DNA of 24,000 nucleotides. Source: Varibaculum timonense. Its GTDB lineage: Bacteria; Bacillota; Clostridia; Tissierellales; Tissierellaceae. The notes under the pieces were generated by a model, which saw only the letters and a program-made list of their open reading frames with translations, did no database searches and was not told where the DNA came from. Shown here piece after piece: positions 23,595-24,000 of this stretch. Position 1 is the stretch's first letter; the number at the start of each line of letters is the position of its first letter. Position numbers and translations under genes: made by a program. The DNA lies in NCBI GenBank assembly GCA_902386935.1, contig CABMKH010000005.1, positions 100,495-124,494 on the forward strand, given 5' to 3'.

Positions 23595-24000
23595 ATGAGA
23601 ATAGATATTTGGTCAGATTTTGCCTGTCCTTTTTGCTATATAGGCAAGAGAAATCTTGAAATAGCATTGAAGGAGTTAGACTTATTAGGAGAAGTGGACA
23701 TAGTATTTTGTAGTTTTCAACTAGACCCACATGCAGAGAAGAGTAGCCAATCAGACCCAGTGACAAGCCTATCAGAAAAGTATGGAACTACTAAAGAAGA
23801 AGCTCAGAGAATGATAGATAGGATTGTGAGGATGGCAAGCGATGTAGGGCTAGAATACGACTATGAAAATATGATTCAGACCAACACTTTAGATGCCCAT
23901 AGATTAGTTCATTATGGACAAAAGCTAGGCAGAGACAAAGAACTTATGGAGAGATTATTCAAAGCTCATTTCATAGATGGATTAGATATAGGGGATATAA
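23595..24000 (+). CDS. DsbA/FrnE-like thiol:disulfide oxidoreductase, N-terminal part (3' end lies outside the window)
   Basis: This gene is not in the ORF track because no stop codon lies inside the window. ATG 23595 follows RBS AGAGGAGG. The translation is MRIDIWSDFACPFCYIGKRNLEIAL...DAHRLVHYGQ, with a CPFC redox motif typical of the DsbA_FrnE family. Confidence 0.8.
   Translation, partial: MRIDIWSDFACPFCYIGKRNLEIALKELDLLGEVDIVFCSFQLDPHAEKSSQSDPVTSLSEKYGTTKEEAQRMIDRIVRMASDVGLEYDYENMIQTNTLDAHRLVHYGQKLGRDKELMERLFKAHFIDGLDIGDI

Noticed and set aside
23533-23766. Minus-strand 77-aa ORF from the track.
   Set aside because: It overlaps the plus-strand DsbA/FrnE-like gene (ATG 23595, strong RBS, CPFC motif), which explains the region much better.
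1-24000. A scan for CRISPR arrays, tRNA/rRNA genes, transposases, integrases, toxin-antitoxin pairs or recognisable defence genes.
   Set aside because: I saw no direct-repeat/spacer arrays, no cloverleaf-like or rRNA-like conserved stretches, and no ORF with recombinase, nuclease, ATPase or defence-type motifs. The remaining minus-strand ORFs in the track sit inside well-supported plus-strand genes and look like frame shadows.

Overview
This is a low-GC, Firmicutes/Clostridia-like chromosomal segment. Every gene except one is on the + strand. I found no rRNA, tRNA, CRISPR array, transposase or integrase.

Layout:
1. 2-6437: a threonine operon, asd(partial)-hom-thrC-thrB. It is extended by a ThrRS-N-terminal-like/uridine-kinase-like fusion gene and a DJ-1/PfpI gene, and is closed by a terminator.
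2. 6484-8910: an ABC ATPase plus a 547-aa polytopic membrane partner, with a convergent cutC on the minus strand (8922-9557).
3. 9666-20834: the most interesting part, an ~11 kb accessory locus made of three transcription units. Each unit is preceded by the same conserved operator+promoter module. The locus encodes a LicR/MtlR-type PRD regulator with a detached Mtl-type EIIA, and a complete Lac/Cel-family PTS (EIIA, EIIB, two paralogous EIIC). It has no glycoside hydrolase. In place of one it carries two M42 peptidases (one with its active site mutated away), an M20 peptidase, a signal-peptide-less glycosylasparaginase and an orphan GrdB-N-terminal-like protein. I interpret this as a PTS-linked glyco-asparagine/N-glycopeptide salvage system. 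That interpretation is inference.
4. 20881-23514: a glcT/ptsG-like module containing a promoter, a RAT, a BglG-family antiterminator, a RAT overlapping a terminator, and a glucose-family EIICB. The antiterminator carries an in-frame TAA just before its conserved C-terminal PRD2 segment.
5. 23595 to the window end: a partial DsbA/FrnE-like thiol oxidoreductase that is missing from the ORF track.
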